Below, in pieces: positions 53,727 through 64,000 of a stretch of 64,000 nucleotides of DNA. The notes beneath the pieces were generated by a model that worked only from the letters and a program-made list of their open reading frames with translations, had not been told where the DNA came from and searched no databases. A program made the translations under genes and the position numbers. Source of the stretch: Obrimoposthia wandeli (lineage: Eukaryota); assembly GCA_977020255.1 (NCBI GenBank), contig CDROCS010000506.1, positions 3,472,001 to 3,536,000 of the forward strand, written 5' to 3'. Numbering within the stretch: the first letter of the stretch is position 1; each line of letters starts with the position of its first letter.

Positions 53727-54596
53727 TTAAGCCGTACGTTTATACAGGGTAATATTAAAGTCTAACGTAAGGGTTAAGTCAGCCGCGTAGAGTGCTGCTT
53801 TTTGTTCATCGTTCATTTTCCACGCGAGTGGTGTCATTTCTAATAAGTTCTTGCTGTCTTTGGCTTGGGTTAGGGTGATCTCGTCAGTTACACGCTGTTG
53901 CTCAACCACGTAAAATCCAGCAATCTCTTCAATCTCCATGTCATGCTTTTCAGGAGTTTGATAAATCTTCTGTTTTAACTCAAACAAATGCTCGGCAGCC
54001 GGCGTCACTGTGAGTAAATAACCGTCAGCTTTGATAATACGAGCGAGTTCGTCGTTTTGTGATGGTGCATAAATACGCGTGACTAAATCTTGGCTCGCAT
54101 CAGCGAAAGGGGTCGCGTACGCACTAGCTACACAAAAGCTAATGCTCTTATAGCGTTTTGCCGCATAGCGGACCGCTGATTTAGAAATATCTAACCCGGC
54201 GATTTGTAGTTTTTTGGCAGTGCCTACATTTGCGCTAGTCGCATCATTAGCATCCGTTATAGCCTGCGCTAAGCGGTGGGTGTAATAACCCTCGCCACAG
54301 CCCAAATCGAGGATGTGAGGAGTGTCTACAGTCGCTAAAGCCTGCTGAGCAATGCTATTTACCTTATCAGATAATGATTGATAGAAACCTTGGTCCAGAA
54401 ATTCACGACGGGCTTGCATCATCTCTTTGTTGTCACCAGGGTTCTTTGAATTTTTGTGTTGTACTGGCAATAAATTAACGTAACCTTCTTTTGCTAGATC
54501 AAATTGATGGCGCTGCTCGCAAGCGAGGCTTTTGTCTTGCAGGGATAACGGGCCAGCGCAGATTGGGCAAAGGTAGGTAGGGCAAAGGTGATTCAT
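53727..54596 (-). CDS. rlmA: 23S rRNA m1G745 methyltransferase
   Basis: Zn-binding CPIC...C..H.FD.AKEGYVNLL and LDLGCGEGYY. Confidence 0.9.
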   Translation of the reverse strand: MNHLCPTYLCPICAGPLSLQDKSLACEQRHQFDLAKEGYVNLLPVQHKNSKNPGDNKEMMQARREFLDQGFYQSLSDKVNSIAQQALATVDTPHILDLGCGEGYYTHRLAQAITDANDATSANVGTAKKLQIAGLDISKSAVRYAAKRYKSISFCVASAYATPFADASQDLVTRIYAPSQNDELARIIKADGYLLTVTPAAEHLFELKQKIYQTPEKHDMEIEEIAGFYVVEQQRVTDEITLTQAKDSKNLLEMTPLAWKMNDEQKAALYAADLTLTLDFNITLYKRTA

Positions 54597-54637
54597 GTGA
54601 TCTCGTTATTCAGGTAAAGTTAGCAACAGGCTAAAAC

Positions 54638-54673
54638 AAAAAACCGATCATAGCATAGAGCTAGGATCGGTTT
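54638..54673 (-). terminator. pflA terminator
   Basis: Minus strand AAACCGATCCTAG...TGATCGGTTTTTT. Confidence 0.65.
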
Positions 54674-54696
54674 GAAATAGAATTCGGTTTGGACGA

Positions 54697-55473
54697 TTAA
54701 TAAATTACATTGTCTTTATATTCTAGTAAGACAGATTGAATGCGGTCCATGGTATCTTTACTTGGCGGCGGCACACCGTCAAGCGGGTAATCAAAGCCCA
54801 TTGTTTTCCATTTATGCAGGCCTAATTCGTGATAAGGCAACAATTCTACTTTTTCAATATTATCCATGTGCTGAATAAACTTACCTAATTCATGTGCGGA
54901 TGCATCATCATCGGTAAAACCTGGCACGACCACATAACGGATCCATGTTTTTTGATCACGTTTGGCTAAGTACTCGGCAAATTCAAGAGTTCGTTTATTA
55001 CTGACGCCAGCGAGTTCTTGATGGATCTTATCGTTCATTTGTTTTAGATCTAGCATGACTAAATCGGTTACATCAAGGACTTCGTCAATCACATCACTGT
55101 ATTTACGAATATAGCCGTTGGTATCCAAACAAGTATTAACACCTTCTGCTTGCGCGGCAGTGAAAAAATCACGGACAAATTCAGGTTGGAGCATTGCTTC
55201 ACCACCTGATGCAGTGACACCGCCACCCGTTGCAATCATAAATGCCTTGTATGAAACGAGTTCACGCATTAATTCATCAACGGTGGTTTCTTTACCTGAA
55301 TGCAAATCCCATGAATCACGGTTGTGACAATACAGGCAACGCATTAAGCAGCCTTGCATGAACACGATGTAACGAATACCTGGTCCATCTACGGAGCCAA
55401 AAGATTCGGTAGAATGAATGCGTCCGACAGTGCTGCATAACTCAGTAGAATCAATCGGCTTAATAAGCGACAT
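54697..55473 (-). CDS. pflA: Pyruvate formate-lyase activating enzyme
   Basis: GSVDGPGIR and radical-SAM CLMRCLYC. Confidence 0.96.
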   Translation of the reverse strand: MSLIKPIDSTELCSTVGRIHSTESFGSVDGPGIRYIVFMQGCLMRCLYCHNRDSWDLHSGKETTVDELMRELVSYKAFMIATGGGVTASGGEAMLQPEFVRDFFTAAQAEGVNTCLDTNGYIRKYSDVIDEVLDVTDLVMLDLKQMNDKIHQELAGVSNKRTLEFAEYLAKRDQKTWIRYVVVPGFTDDDASAHELGKFIQHMDNIEKVELLPYHELGLHKWKTMGFDYPLDGVPPPSKDTMDRIQSVLLEYKDNVIY

Positions 55474-55613
55474 AATATCTCCAAATGATAGGGCTATATG
55501 ACTATTATAAATGAAAAAACGATTATAAATACAAAAGCCTTACATGTGTAAGGCTTTTATTTATTGGTAGGATAAAACAACCGTAGTCGCTTTATCCTAC
55601 TATTCCGATAGTC

Positions 55614-57893
55614 TTAGAATGACTGTTGGAATGTACGTGTGATCACGTCTTGTTGCTGTTCAGGCGTTAGCGAGTTGAAACGTACCGCGTAACCAGACAC
55701 ACGAATGGTCAGTTGTGGGTATTTTTCAGGGTGCTTAATCGCGTCTAGTAACATTGAACGATCCATCACGTTTACGTTTAAGTGCTGACCACCTTCAATT
55801 GCACTGCTGTGCTTGAAGTAACCATCCATTAAACCAGCTAGGTTAGTACGACGTGTATCGTCAGTTTTACCTAGTGCGTTTGGTACGATAGAGAAAGTAT
55901 AAGAGATACCATCTTTTGCGTATTCAAACGGTAGTTTTGCAACTGATGTTAGGGCTGCGATAGCGCCTTTCTCATCACGACCATGCATTGGGTTTGCACC
56001 CGGTGCGAATGGTGCGCCTGCACGACGGCCATCTGGTGTAGTACCGGTTTTCTTACCGTATACAACGTTAGATGTAATTGTTAGTACTGACTGTGTTGGT
56101 TTCGCATCACGGTACATTTTGTGGCTAGCCACTTTCTTCATGAAGGTTTCAACTAGGTCACAAGCGATTTCATCAACACGTGAATCGTTGTTACCAAATT
56201 TAGGATAATCACCTTCGATTTCAAAATCGACAGCAATACCATTTTCATCACGAATTGGTCTAACTTTTGCGTATTTAATTGCAGAAAGTGAATCAGCAGT
56301 AACAGATAGACCTGCGATACCACATGCCATTGTACGTTCTACGTCACGGTCATGTAATGCCATTAATGATGCTTCATACGAATATTTATCGTGTGAATAA
56401 TGGATAGAGTTTAGGGCAGTAACATACGTTGTTGCTAACCAATCCATTACTTTGTCATAACGCGCTGAAATATCCGCGTAATCAAGTACTTCATCAGTGA
56501 TCTTATCGGCTTTAGGACCAATTTGGATTTTCAGTTTTTCATCTACGCCGCCATTGATTGTATATAACAATGCTTTTGCAAGGTTACTACGAGCGCCGAA
56601 GAACTGCATTTGTTTACCAACGATCATTGGTGATACACAACAAGCAATTGCATAGTCATCATTGTCGAAGTCGGTACGCATTAAATCATCATTTTCGTAT
56701 TGGATTGATGATGTATCAATAGATACTTTCGCACAGTAGCGTTTGAATGCTAATGGTAAATGTTCAGCCCACAATACAGTGATGTTTGGCTCTGGTGAAG
56801 GACCCATAGTGTATTGTGTGTGTAGTACACGGAATGATGATTTAGTTACTAATGAACGACCATCTGTACCCATACCTGCGATAGTTTCTGTTGCCCAGAT
56901 TGGGTCACCAGAGAATAACTCATCGTATTCAGGTGTACGTAGGAAACGTACCATACGTAGTTTCATTACTAAGTGGTCAATCATTTCCTGAGCGTCAGTC
57001 TCAGTGATGATACCTGCTTGTAAATCACGTTCGATGTAAACATCTAGGAACGTAGTTACACGGCCGAAGCTCATTGCTGCGCCATTTTGTGATTTAACAG
57101 CAGCTAGGTAGCCGAAGTAAGTCCACTGGATCGCTTCTTTTGCGTTTGTCGCTGGACCAGAAATATCGAATCCGTAAGTTGCCGCCATCGTTTTGATGTC
57201 GTTTAGCGCACGATACTGCTCTGAAATCTCTTCACGTAAGCGCATTGTTGCTTCTAGGTCTTCACCTGAGTAGAACTTCGCTTCTAATGATTTTTGTTGT
57301 GCAAATTTATCTTTCATTAGGAAGTCGATGCCGTATACAGCAACACGACGGTAATCACCAATGATACGACCACGGCCATATGCATCTGGTAAACCCGTTA
57401 GAATACCTGACTTACGACATTTCATGATGTCGCTTGTATATACGTCAAATACACCTTGGTTGTGCGTTTTACGGTATTCAGAGAAGATTTTAGCTGTTAC
57501 TGGATCAAGTTCTTTGCCATAAGCTTTACAAGAACCTTCAACCATACGGATACCGCCATTAGCGATAATTGCACGCTTTAATGGTTTTTCAGTTTGTAAA
57601 CCAACGATTGTTTCTAAACTTTGGTCGATGTAACCAGCGGCATGAGAAGTGATTGTTGATGGTACTGAAGTATCAAAATCAAGCGGCGCGTGAGTGCTGT
57701 TCTCGATTTTAATGCCTTCCATGACATTGTTCCAAAGCGTATTTGTTGCTTCAGTTGCGTCAGCTAGGAAAGACTCATCACCCGTAAACTCTGTGTAGTT
57801 CTTCTGGATGAAATCACGTAAGTTAACTTCGTTTGTCCATTCACCAGTAGTGAAACCTTTCCAAGCTTGATCAAATATTGTTTGTTCAGTCAT
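55614..57893 (-). CDS. pflB: Pyruvate formate-lyase
   Basis: IACCVS active-site Cys pair and RVSGYAV glycyl-radical loop. Confidence 0.98.
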   Translation of the reverse strand: MTEQTIFDQAWKGFTTGEWTNEVNLRDFIQKNYTEFTGDESFLADATEATNTLWNNVMEGIKIENSTHAPLDFDTSVPSTITSHAAGYIDQSLETIVGLQTEKPLKRAIIANGGIRMVEGSCKAYGKELDPVTAKIFSEYRKTHNQGVFDVYTSDIMKCRKSGILTGLPDAYGRGRIIGDYRRVAVYGIDFLMKDKFAQQKSLEAKFYSGEDLEATMRLREEISEQYRALNDIKTMAATYGFDISGPATNAKEAIQWTYFGYLAAVKSQNGAAMSFGRVTTFLDVYIERDLQAGIITETDAQEMIDHLVMKLRMVRFLRTPEYDELFSGDPIWATETIAGMGTDGRSLVTKSSFRVLHTQYTMGPSPEPNITVLWAEHLPLAFKRYCAKVSIDTSSIQYENDDLMRTDFDNDDYAIACCVSPMIVGKQMQFFGARSNLAKALLYTINGGVDEKLKIQIGPKADKITDEVLDYADISARYDKVMDWLATTYVTALNSIHYSHDKYSYEASLMALHDRDVERTMACGIAGLSVTADSLSAIKYAKVRPIRDENGIAVDFEIEGDYPKFGNNDSRVDEIACDLVETFMKKVASHKMYRDAKPTQSVLTITSNVVYGKKTGTTPDGRRAGAPFAPGANPMHGRDEKGAIAALTSVAKLPFEYAKDGISYTFSIVPNALGKTDDTRRTNLAGLMDGYFKHSSAIEGGQHLNVNVMDRSMLLDAIKHPEKYPQLTIRVSGYAVRFNSLTPEQQQDVITRTFQQSF

Positions 57894-57965
57894 AAGTACA
57901 CCTAATCTATTAATATTCTAAAAAATGTAATTTCAAAGTTTGTTATCTGTTGTCACCAACAGATA

Positions 57966-58817
57966 TTAAGATTCTTTTTTACAGTAGATAGCCCAGTAAG
58001 TCAGGCCAACTAATACGCCACCACCAATAATGTTGCCAATGGTGACCGGAATAAGGTTGTTAAATACAAAGTTAGATAATGTTAAATCGGTAAAGTCTGC
58101 AGGGTTAGCGCCAGTTGCTAGCCAAAATTCAGGGCCAGAAAAGTTCGCAATAACATACCCGAGAGGGATCATAAACATGTTAGCGATACTGTGTTCGTAG
58201 CCTGATGCAACGAACATCGTTACGGGTAATGCTACAGCAATAAACTTGTCGGTAATAGACCGCGCAGCAAAGCTCATCCATACACCAAGGCAAACAAGTA
58301 GGTTTGCAAGGATGCCGAGTGTGACAGCTTGAATAAAGGTGTGATGCAATTTGTGTTGGGCAATCTTCATTGCATTGATGCCCCAAGCACCGTCAGCGAC
58401 GAGATGTTGTTTTGCTAAAAACATGAGTAAGACAAAGAAGATACAACCAACAAAATTTCCGGCGTAAACAACGGCCCAGTTTTTGGCTAATTGCAGGGTT
58501 GTTATCTTGTTATTAGCGCGGGCAATGATAGTTAGAATTGAACTGGTAAAAAGTTCACCGCCGCAGACAACAACAAGTAATAGACCAAGGCTAAAAGCAA
58601 AGCCGCCCATGAATTTTTTTAAACCGTAAGCAACATCGGCTGTGCCAGTTGTCACTGTAGTATAGAAGGCAAATGCGATGGAGATAAAGACACCGGCTGT
58701 GATTGCAAGCATGAAAGCTTGTCTAGGGGCTTTAGTTGCTTTTGCTACACCGATAGATTCTGCTTTAATTAGCAGTTCGGCTGGTAGAATTGCATCAAAT
58801 GGGCTTACTGTTTTCAT
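57966..58817 (-). CDS. focA: Formate channel FocA
   Basis: GGELFTSS, GYEHSIANM and VTIGNIIGG. Confidence 0.95.
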   Translation of the reverse strand: MKTVSPFDAILPAELLIKAESIGVAKATKAPRQAFMLAITAGVFISIAFAFYTTVTTGTADVAYGLKKFMGGFAFSLGLLLVVVCGGELFTSSILTIIARANNKITTLQLAKNWAVVYAGNFVGCIFFVLLMFLAKQHLVADGAWGINAMKIAQHKLHHTFIQAVTLGILANLLVCLGVWMSFAARSITDKFIAVALPVTMFVASGYEHSIANMFMIPLGYVIANFSGPEFWLATGANPADFTDLTLSNFVFNNLIPVTIGNIIGGGVLVGLTYWAIYCKKES

Positions 58818-58875
58818 TGCTTAGTCTCAATCAATAACCTGGGTTCATTATTACCTAACTAGGAGTAATTGCAAA

Positions 58876-58889
58876 GTGATCTAGATCAA
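58876..58889 (-). promoter_or_regulatory. FNR box upstream of focA-pflB
   Basis: GTGAT-CTAG-ATCAA (one mismatch), about 60 nt upstream of the focA start. Confidence 0.6.
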
Positions 58890-58956
58890 TTTTATGTCTT
58901 TTTATGTTTTTTTATTACGAAAAGTAACGTGATTAATCTATTTTAATCTTTACTGC

Positions 58957-58971
58957 TGTAACTTAATTACA
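58957..58971. promoter_or_regulatory. Candidate HexR box upstream of focA-pflB
   Basis: TGTA-ACTTAAT-TACA. Confidence 0.55.
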
Positions 58972-59300
58972 ATTAGATGCTGTTTTTATTAACTTTATTT
59001 TAAACTTATAATATAAAGTTTAATTACCTAGCCACGATAACATAAACCATTATAAATACCAATATAGCGGTACTGGCTAGTGCTATCTATTGATGGTGTT
59101 AAATTCTGCATTTATATTTTAACTAGACGATAAGACCTACGGTTGTCTTTAGCATGGAGTTAATGACTAAAATCAAGTCGTTTTATGTTATCTGAATTGC
59201 TAATTTGTTATGTTAAGTGCTGTTTTTATGTTGCAGACTTTAATGATAGTTTGAATCTAAGTGTTGCACATGTCTTATATTGTTATAAAGCGTATTTAGG

Positions 59301-60080
59301 ATGAATAGAATGAGTAGCAGTCCCACATTAGACATCAAGAATTTACATAAATCATTTGGTGACAATGAAGTCTTAAAAGGTATCGACCTGACTGCGAATA
59401 AGGGCGATGTAATTTCGATTATCGGTTCTTCAGGATCGGGTAAAAGTACATTCTTACGCTGTATTAATTTGTTAGAAATGCCAACGTCGGGTGATATCTC
59501 GGTCAATGGCGAATTAATCGAGATGATGACGGATCGTGATGGCAATCGAAATATAGCCAATAAAAAGCAAGTTCAACGCATTCGTTCACGACTAGCCATG
59601 GTATTCCAAGGCTTCAATTTATGGTCGCACATGACGGTGATTGAAAATGTGATTGAAGCGCCAATTCAGGTGTTAGGCCTCTCGCGCAGCGATGCATTGG
59701 CGAGTGCAGAACAATATCTTAAGAAAGTTGATTTGTGGGAAAGAAAAGACTATTACCCAAGTCAGCTATCTGGTGGTCAAAAACAACGAGTGGCGATTGC
59801 CCGCGCACTGGCGGTTGAGCCGGAAGTATTGTTATTTGACGAACCAACCTCGGCTTTAGATCCTGAATTAGTCGGTGAAGTACTACGTGTTATGCAAAGC
59901 TTGGCAGAGGAAGGCCGTACTATGCTCGTGGTCACCCATGAAATGGCATTCGCACGCGATGTATCAACCAAGGTTATCTTCTTGCACCAAGGCCAGATTG
60001 AAGAGCAGGGCGATCCCAAAGAATTATTTGATAATCCGAAATCAGAGCGTGTTAAGCAGTTCTTGGCACCTAAGTATTAA
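59301..60080 (+). CDS. Polar amino-acid ABC transporter ATP-binding subunit (HisP/AotP-like)
   Basis: [17 protein letters not shown] and [17 protein letters not shown]. Confidence 0.9.
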   Translation: MNRMSSSPTLDIKNLHKSFGDNEVLKGIDLTANKGDVISIIGSSGSGKSTFLRCINLLEMPTSGDISVNGELIEMMTDRDGNRNIANKKQVQRIRSRLAMVFQGFNLWSHMTVIENVIEAPIQVLGLSRSDALASAEQYLKKVDLWERKDYYPSQLSGGQKQRVAIARALAVEPEVLLFDEPTSALDPELVGEVLRVMQSLAEEGRTMLVVTHEMAFARDVSTKVIFLHQGQIEEQGDPKELFDNPKSERVKQFLAPKY

Positions 60081-60140
60081 AAACCAAAAAACACAACGAG
60101 GGTCATTGATTGACCCAATTATAATAATAGGGAAATACGT

Positions 60141-60914
60141 ATGAAAAAATTAGCGACTGTTATTGCAGCAAGTGTTGCAACAAGCTTATTGCTTTCTTCA
60201 GCTGTGATAGCGAAAGAATGGACTGATGTTCGTTTAGGTGTAGATGCACCTTACAAGCCGTTTGAATATAAAACGCCAGATGGCGAGCTAACCGGTTTCG
60301 AAATCGATTTAGGTAATGAAGTGTGTAAGCGCGCTAATTGGAATTGTACTTGGGTTGTACAATCTTGGGACGGTATTATCCCTGGTTTATTATCACGTAA
60401 ATACGATGCTATCTTCTCGTCTATGTCGATTACGGATGCACGTAGAAAACAAGTTCTGTTCTCTGAACCTTACTACAATACGCCAAGCGGTTGGTTTGCA
60501 GCAGCAGACTTTAAACTGGATGTGGCAGATAAAGCAGCCTTTAAAAAACTCCGTATTGGTGTCCAGCGCGGTACAGTACAAGATACACATGTAACTGAAG
60601 AGTATGCTAAAAATAATACGATCAAACGTTACAATACCAGCGGTGATTTATTGCTAGATCTTGAAGGCGGTCGTTTAGACATGGTATTACTGGATTTCCC
60701 AGTAGGTGATACTACGTTATTGATCCCTGAGAAAAAAGGTGCTTTCGCTGCAGTCGGCGATACATTCCAACTAGGTGAAGGCATGGGTGTTGCACTGCGT
60801 AAACGTGATAAGTCTCTGGCGAACACGTTCAATAAAGTATTAGCAGAAATCAAAACGGATGGTACATACGAAACTATCCAAGCTAAATACTTCAGCTACA
60901 GCATTAAAATGTAG
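60141..60914 (+). CDS. Basic amino-acid ABC substrate-binding protein (HisJ/ArgT/AotJ-like)
   Basis: Signal peptide, Y.PFE, GFEIDLG, WDGIIPGL and SSMSITDAR. Confidence 0.88.
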   Translation: MKKLATVIAASVATSLLLSSAVIAKEWTDVRLGVDAPYKPFEYKTPDGELTGFEIDLGNEVCKRANWNCTWVVQSWDGIIPGLLSRKYDAIFSSMSITDARRKQVLFSEPYYNTPSGWFAAADFKLDVADKAAFKKLRIGVQRGTVQDTHVTEEYAKNNTIKRYNTSGDLLLDLEGGRLDMVLLDFPVGDTTLLIPEKKGAFAAVGDTFQLGEGMGVALRKRDKSLANTFNKVLAEIKTDGTYETIQAKYFSYSIKM

Positions 60915-61011
60915 TTTCTTTATCGCCGCCATTAGCGTGTGGCGATAATAAAAATGGGCGCGACTCTTTGTTTTTCACTAAAGGGCGCGTTCACTGCTTT
61001 CTGGGAATATT

Positions 61012-61776
61012 ATGTTAGATCTCCAAGGTTATGGCCCAAGTATTTTTAATGGCGCTATATTAACCGTTAAACTTGCCATTTTTTCATTAATTATCGCTGT
61101 GTTATTCGGTTTGATCACCGCTGTCGCACGCTATTCTGGCGGTAAAATTTCTTCTGCTCTTGCGCTGACTTATACCAGTTTAGTTCGTGGTGTACCTGAT
61201 CTAGTGCTGATGATGCTTATTTATTTTGGCTTACAAGTGGGGTTGAATAATTTTTCAGAGTGGTTGTATGAATTACATGAAACCTACGCCATTAATGAAT
61301 TTTATATTGAACAAGGTTGGTTAACCTTATCGGCGTTTTATGAAGACGGTATGTACATTACTATCGATGAATTTAGCGCAGGCGTGGTGACGATTGGTTT
61401 TATTTTTGGTGCTTACATGGGCGAGACGTTCCGTGGTGCCTTGTTATCGGTTGATAAAGGCCAATTAGAAGCGGCGACAGCATATGGCATGTCTGATTGG
61501 CAAGTATTCCGCCGAGTGATGTTCCCACAAATGATGCGCTTTGCATTACCGGGTATTGGTAACAACTGGTTAGTGCTGGTTAAAACCACCGCGCTGGTCT
61601 CTGTTATTGGTTTGTCTGATATGGTTAAGCTCGCTAAAGAAGCGGCAATGACAACCTATGAACCGTTTTTATTCTTTATTCCTGTGGCGTTTGTGTATTT
61701 AGCTATTACCACGGTGAGTGAGATTGTACTGAAATATTTAGAACGTCACTATAGCAAAGGCGTAGAGGGTCATTAA
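61012..61776 (+). CDS. ABC permease (HisQ/AotQ-like)
   Basis: RGVPDLV and AYMGETFRGA...GQLEAA EAA loop. Confidence 0.88.
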   Translation: MLDLQGYGPSIFNGAILTVKLAIFSLIIAVLFGLITAVARYSGGKISSALALTYTSLVRGVPDLVLMMLIYFGLQVGLNNFSEWLYELHETYAINEFYIEQGWLTLSAFYEDGMYITIDEFSAGVVTIGFIFGAYMGETFRGALLSVDKGQLEAATAYGMSDWQVFRRVMFPQMMRFALPGIGNNWLVLVKTTALVSVIGLSDMVKLAKEAAMTTYEPFLFFIPVAFVYLAITTVSEIVLKYLERHYSKGVEGH

Positions 61777-61777
61777 T

Positions 61778-62488
61778 ATGTTAGATCAACTGGTTGCTTT
61801 GCTTGAGCAAAATGAAATGTTTACCCCAAGTACCTTAAATGAGTATTGGGACGGTACCGTATTAACAGTACAACTGACTTTTTTATCTGTGGTAATAGGT
61901 TTCTTTCTGGCAGTGCCGTTAGCAATCATACGTACCAGCAAGTATGTGTGGTTATCGCGTACTATTTGGTTATTTACCTATGTGTTCCGTGGTACGCCAT
62001 TATTGATCCAGCTGTATCTGATTTATTATGGTGTGACCATGATTGATGGTATTCAAGACAGCCCAATTTGGTTCTTGTTAGAAGATGCCTTCTATCCTTG
62101 CTTGTTAGCGTTTGTATTAAACACCGCAGCATACAGCACCGAGATCATTCGTGGTTCATTGGTGACAACCGATAAAGGTGAAATTGAAGCTGCAGAAGCT
62201 TATGGCATGAACTATTGGCAGATCTTACGCCGTATCATCCTACCATCGGCGTTTCGTCGTGCACTGCCTGCGTACAGTAATGAAGTTATCTTTATGCTGC
62301 ACGCGACGTCAATTGCGAGTGTCGTTACCTTGGTTGATATTACCGGTGCGGGTTACAATGTGTATTCACGTTTTTATGCCCCGTTTGAAGCGTTCATTTT
62401 TGCGGGTGGTATTTACCTGTGTTTATGTTTTGCTATCTTTGCGGTATTCAGACGATTAGAAAAACGTGCGTTTAGACACCTTGCTTAA
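61778..62488 (+). CDS. ABC permease (HisM/AotM-like)
   Basis: FRGTPLLIQ, AYSTEIIRG and ALPAYSNEVI. Confidence 0.88.
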   Translation: MLDQLVALLEQNEMFTPSTLNEYWDGTVLTVQLTFLSVVIGFFLAVPLAIIRTSKYVWLSRTIWLFTYVFRGTPLLIQLYLIYYGVTMIDGIQDSPIWFLLEDAFYPCLLAFVLNTAAYSTEIIRGSLVTTDKGEIEAAEAYGMNYWQILRRIILPSAFRRALPAYSNEVIFMLHATSIASVVTLVDITGAGYNVYSRFYAPFEAFIFAGGIYLCLCFAIFAVFRRLEKRAFRHLA

Positions 62489-62533
62489 TGATTCACTTCG
62501 GCTGTAAGTACTAGGCCGTCATTCAAATAACAA

Positions 62534-62557
62534 GCCGTTGTGGATATCCACAGCGGC
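62534..62557. terminator. Hairpin between convergent ABC operon and MltF-like gene
   Basis: GCCGTTGTGG-ATAT-CCACAGCGGC. Confidence 0.55.
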
Positions 62558-62578
62558 CTGCTATTCTTTTCTTCAGCA

Positions 62579-62638
62579 CGTTATTTAACTTACTATTCAA
62601 TTCACTATTCAACTCGTTATTCAGCATGTTATTAAATA
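62579..62638. repeat. Degenerate 12-bp tandem array (5 copies)
   Basis: CGTTATTTAACT / TACTATTCAATT / CACTATTCAACT / CGTTATTCAGCA / TGTTATTAAATA. Confidence 0.7.
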
Positions 62639-62652
62639 AGGCTATCTACATT

Positions 62653-63999
62653 CTACTGTTCGGTTTTCGCCACTTGCTGTGGTGCTAATTGCGCCTCGTT
62701 AATTTGATAGCGTGAAGCGAGCAGGTAGGTGATATAAAACTTATAAATGTTATTCACATAATCCACCGTTTCTCTGCCGATAACGTCTGCGGCAATCTTC
62801 TCGACATGATTAAACCAAATATTAGGATTTAAACCTTCTTTCGATGCCCGTCTTCTTAATCTGATCAACTTAGCTGGGCCGGCGTTATAAGCGGCAAAAC
62901 TGAGTAATAACGAATCGAGCTCGGTGATATTGTCGTGGCTAAAATAACGTTGATGCATAAAGTGCAAATACTTCACCCCCGCGTGGATATTACCATCGAC
63001 TTTGTTGATGTTTTTAATATTGATATAAGGCTCATTAGCCGTTGAAGGCAATACTTGCATTACCCCGACAGCGCCGCGATGGCTAATGGCTTTTTGGTTG
63101 AGTCGCGACTCTTGGTAGGCCTGCGCAAGAATAAGCTGCCAATCGAACTGGTACTGTTTAGCGTATTTTTTAATGATCTGTTCGGTTTCTAAATAGCGAT
63201 TTTCAAATTTCTGGTGAATGACTTTTTTTAACCAAGGGTGGCGGACCAAATAACGGCGATGCAGGATGTTGCCGAGCTTGGTGCCTTTTTTATGCTGAGC
63301 AATAAACTGATTTAAGCTGCTGGTTAATTGTGGGGTGTGATTACGTACCGCCCAGGTGCTGGGAATACCGCGGCCGACAGCTAATTCGGGGTGTATTTTT
63401 GTATTTTTATATAAGCGTTTCCACAAACGTAAACTATGACTAGAGATCATCGTCATGAATATCTGCTTGTTGTCGACCATATCTAAAATTTCGAAATCTT
63501 CAAGTTCGTCGCTGACAATATTGATGTAAATAGGTGGTTTATTGAGATGGAATAACTGCTTGTTGACGTGTTGTAACTGCTGATGGTAAATACTATTGCG
63601 GCGTATCCATATACCTTTCCCTGAGAGCTGCTTTATGTCGTTATATTCTTTCGTAGACTTGTGACTGACGAGCAATAATTGATGATCGGTATAGATGGGC
63701 TCTGTATGGGTAACTTGGTTCTGCAGACGCTGTGGCGTCATTAATGGGCCTATGGCTATATCGCCATAACCTTGTGCGAGTAAGCTGATAATTTGGCTAC
63801 TTGGCACCGGAATAAACAGGATATTAAGTTTTAATTTAGTGTCTTTGAAATGTTTCTGATTTAAGTGCTTTTCGTATTCACCCATCATGTCATAAGCCAG
63901 CCCACGTGGACGGCTTTGATAAATAAAATAATAAGCTGGGTGGTTAACGACAAGTACCTTGATGCTGCGTTTGGCTAATAGTTGGGGAAGGTCTTCAAA
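62653..63999 (-). CDS. MltF-like lytic transglycosylase (SBP_bac_3 plus SLT); 5' end outside window
   Basis: The frame stays open upstream of 63888 to the window edge. SLT motifs AQAYQESRL, GVMQVLP and AAYNAGP are present. Confidence 0.85.
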   Translation of the reverse strand, partial: FEDLPQLLAKRSIKVLVVNHPAYYFIYQSRPRGLAYDMMGEYEKHLNQKHFKDTKLKLNILFIPVPSSQIISLLAQGYGDIAIGPLMTPQRLQNQVTHTEPIYTDHQLLLVSHKSTKEYNDIKQLSGKGIWIRRNSIYHQQLQHVNKQLFHLNKPPIYINIVSDELEDFEILDMVDNKQIFMTMISSHSLRLWKRLYKNTKIHPELAVGRGIPSTWAVRNHTPQLTSSLNQFIAQHKKGTKLGNILHRRYLVRHPWLKKVIHQKFENRYLETEQIIKKYAKQYQFDWQLILAQAYQESRLNQKAISHRGAVGVMQVLPSTANEPYINIKNINKVDGNIHAGVKYLHFMHQRYFSHDNITELDSLLLSFAAYNAGPAKLIRLRRRASKEGLNPNIWFNHVEKIAADVIGRETVDYVNNIYKFYITYLLASRYQINEAQLAPQQVAKTEQ

Positions 64000-64000
64000 G

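Noticed and set aside
62534-62557. Inverted DnaA-like boxes (TGTGGATAT / ATATCCACA)
   Set aside because: They overlap and form the stem of a hairpin between convergent genes; each has a mismatch and there is no cluster.

Overview
A 64-kb, AT-rich window of core chromosome from a marine gammaproteobacterium. Gene order and content suggest a Moritella-like organism, but this is inference and was not verified. Left to right it holds: a TAXI-TRAP transporter with lhgO, pldA, a DctB-like kinase, a HAD hydrolase, gltS, a secreted class-3 lipase, a Cache/EAL c-di-GMP protein, a VOC/flavoprotein pair with a SufR-like regulator, rsuA, argO/argP, a PRK06292-type disulfide reductase, a NIT-domain MCP, a lipoprotein, a GGDEF protein, torZ-torY, crr-ptsI-ptsH, cysK, a KAS-III, cysZ, smc-zipA-ligA, gltX, tRNA-Ala(GGC), an AI-2E transporter, a SAM methyltransferase, DUF533, pta-ackA, yfbV, rlmA, pflA-pflB-focA, a polar amino-acid ABC operon and a truncated MltF-like gene. 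I saw no integrase, transposase, prophage or CRISPR array. The most notable signals are non-coding or below the ORF-track cutoff. (1) A cluster of DnaA boxes at 48037-48214 whose core has the architecture of an E. coli DnaA-reactivating sequence (DARS). (2) A 48-bp direct repeat, a duplicated crr terminator, that brackets torYZ, which also has a perfect class-II FNR promoter. (3) Three small ORFs (37, 55 and 58 aa) missing from the track. (4) Candidate OxyR, CsrA, HexR, Mlc and FNR sites. (5) Short tandem arrays, several anchored at or just after stop codons. All motif calls were made by eye and no database searches were run.
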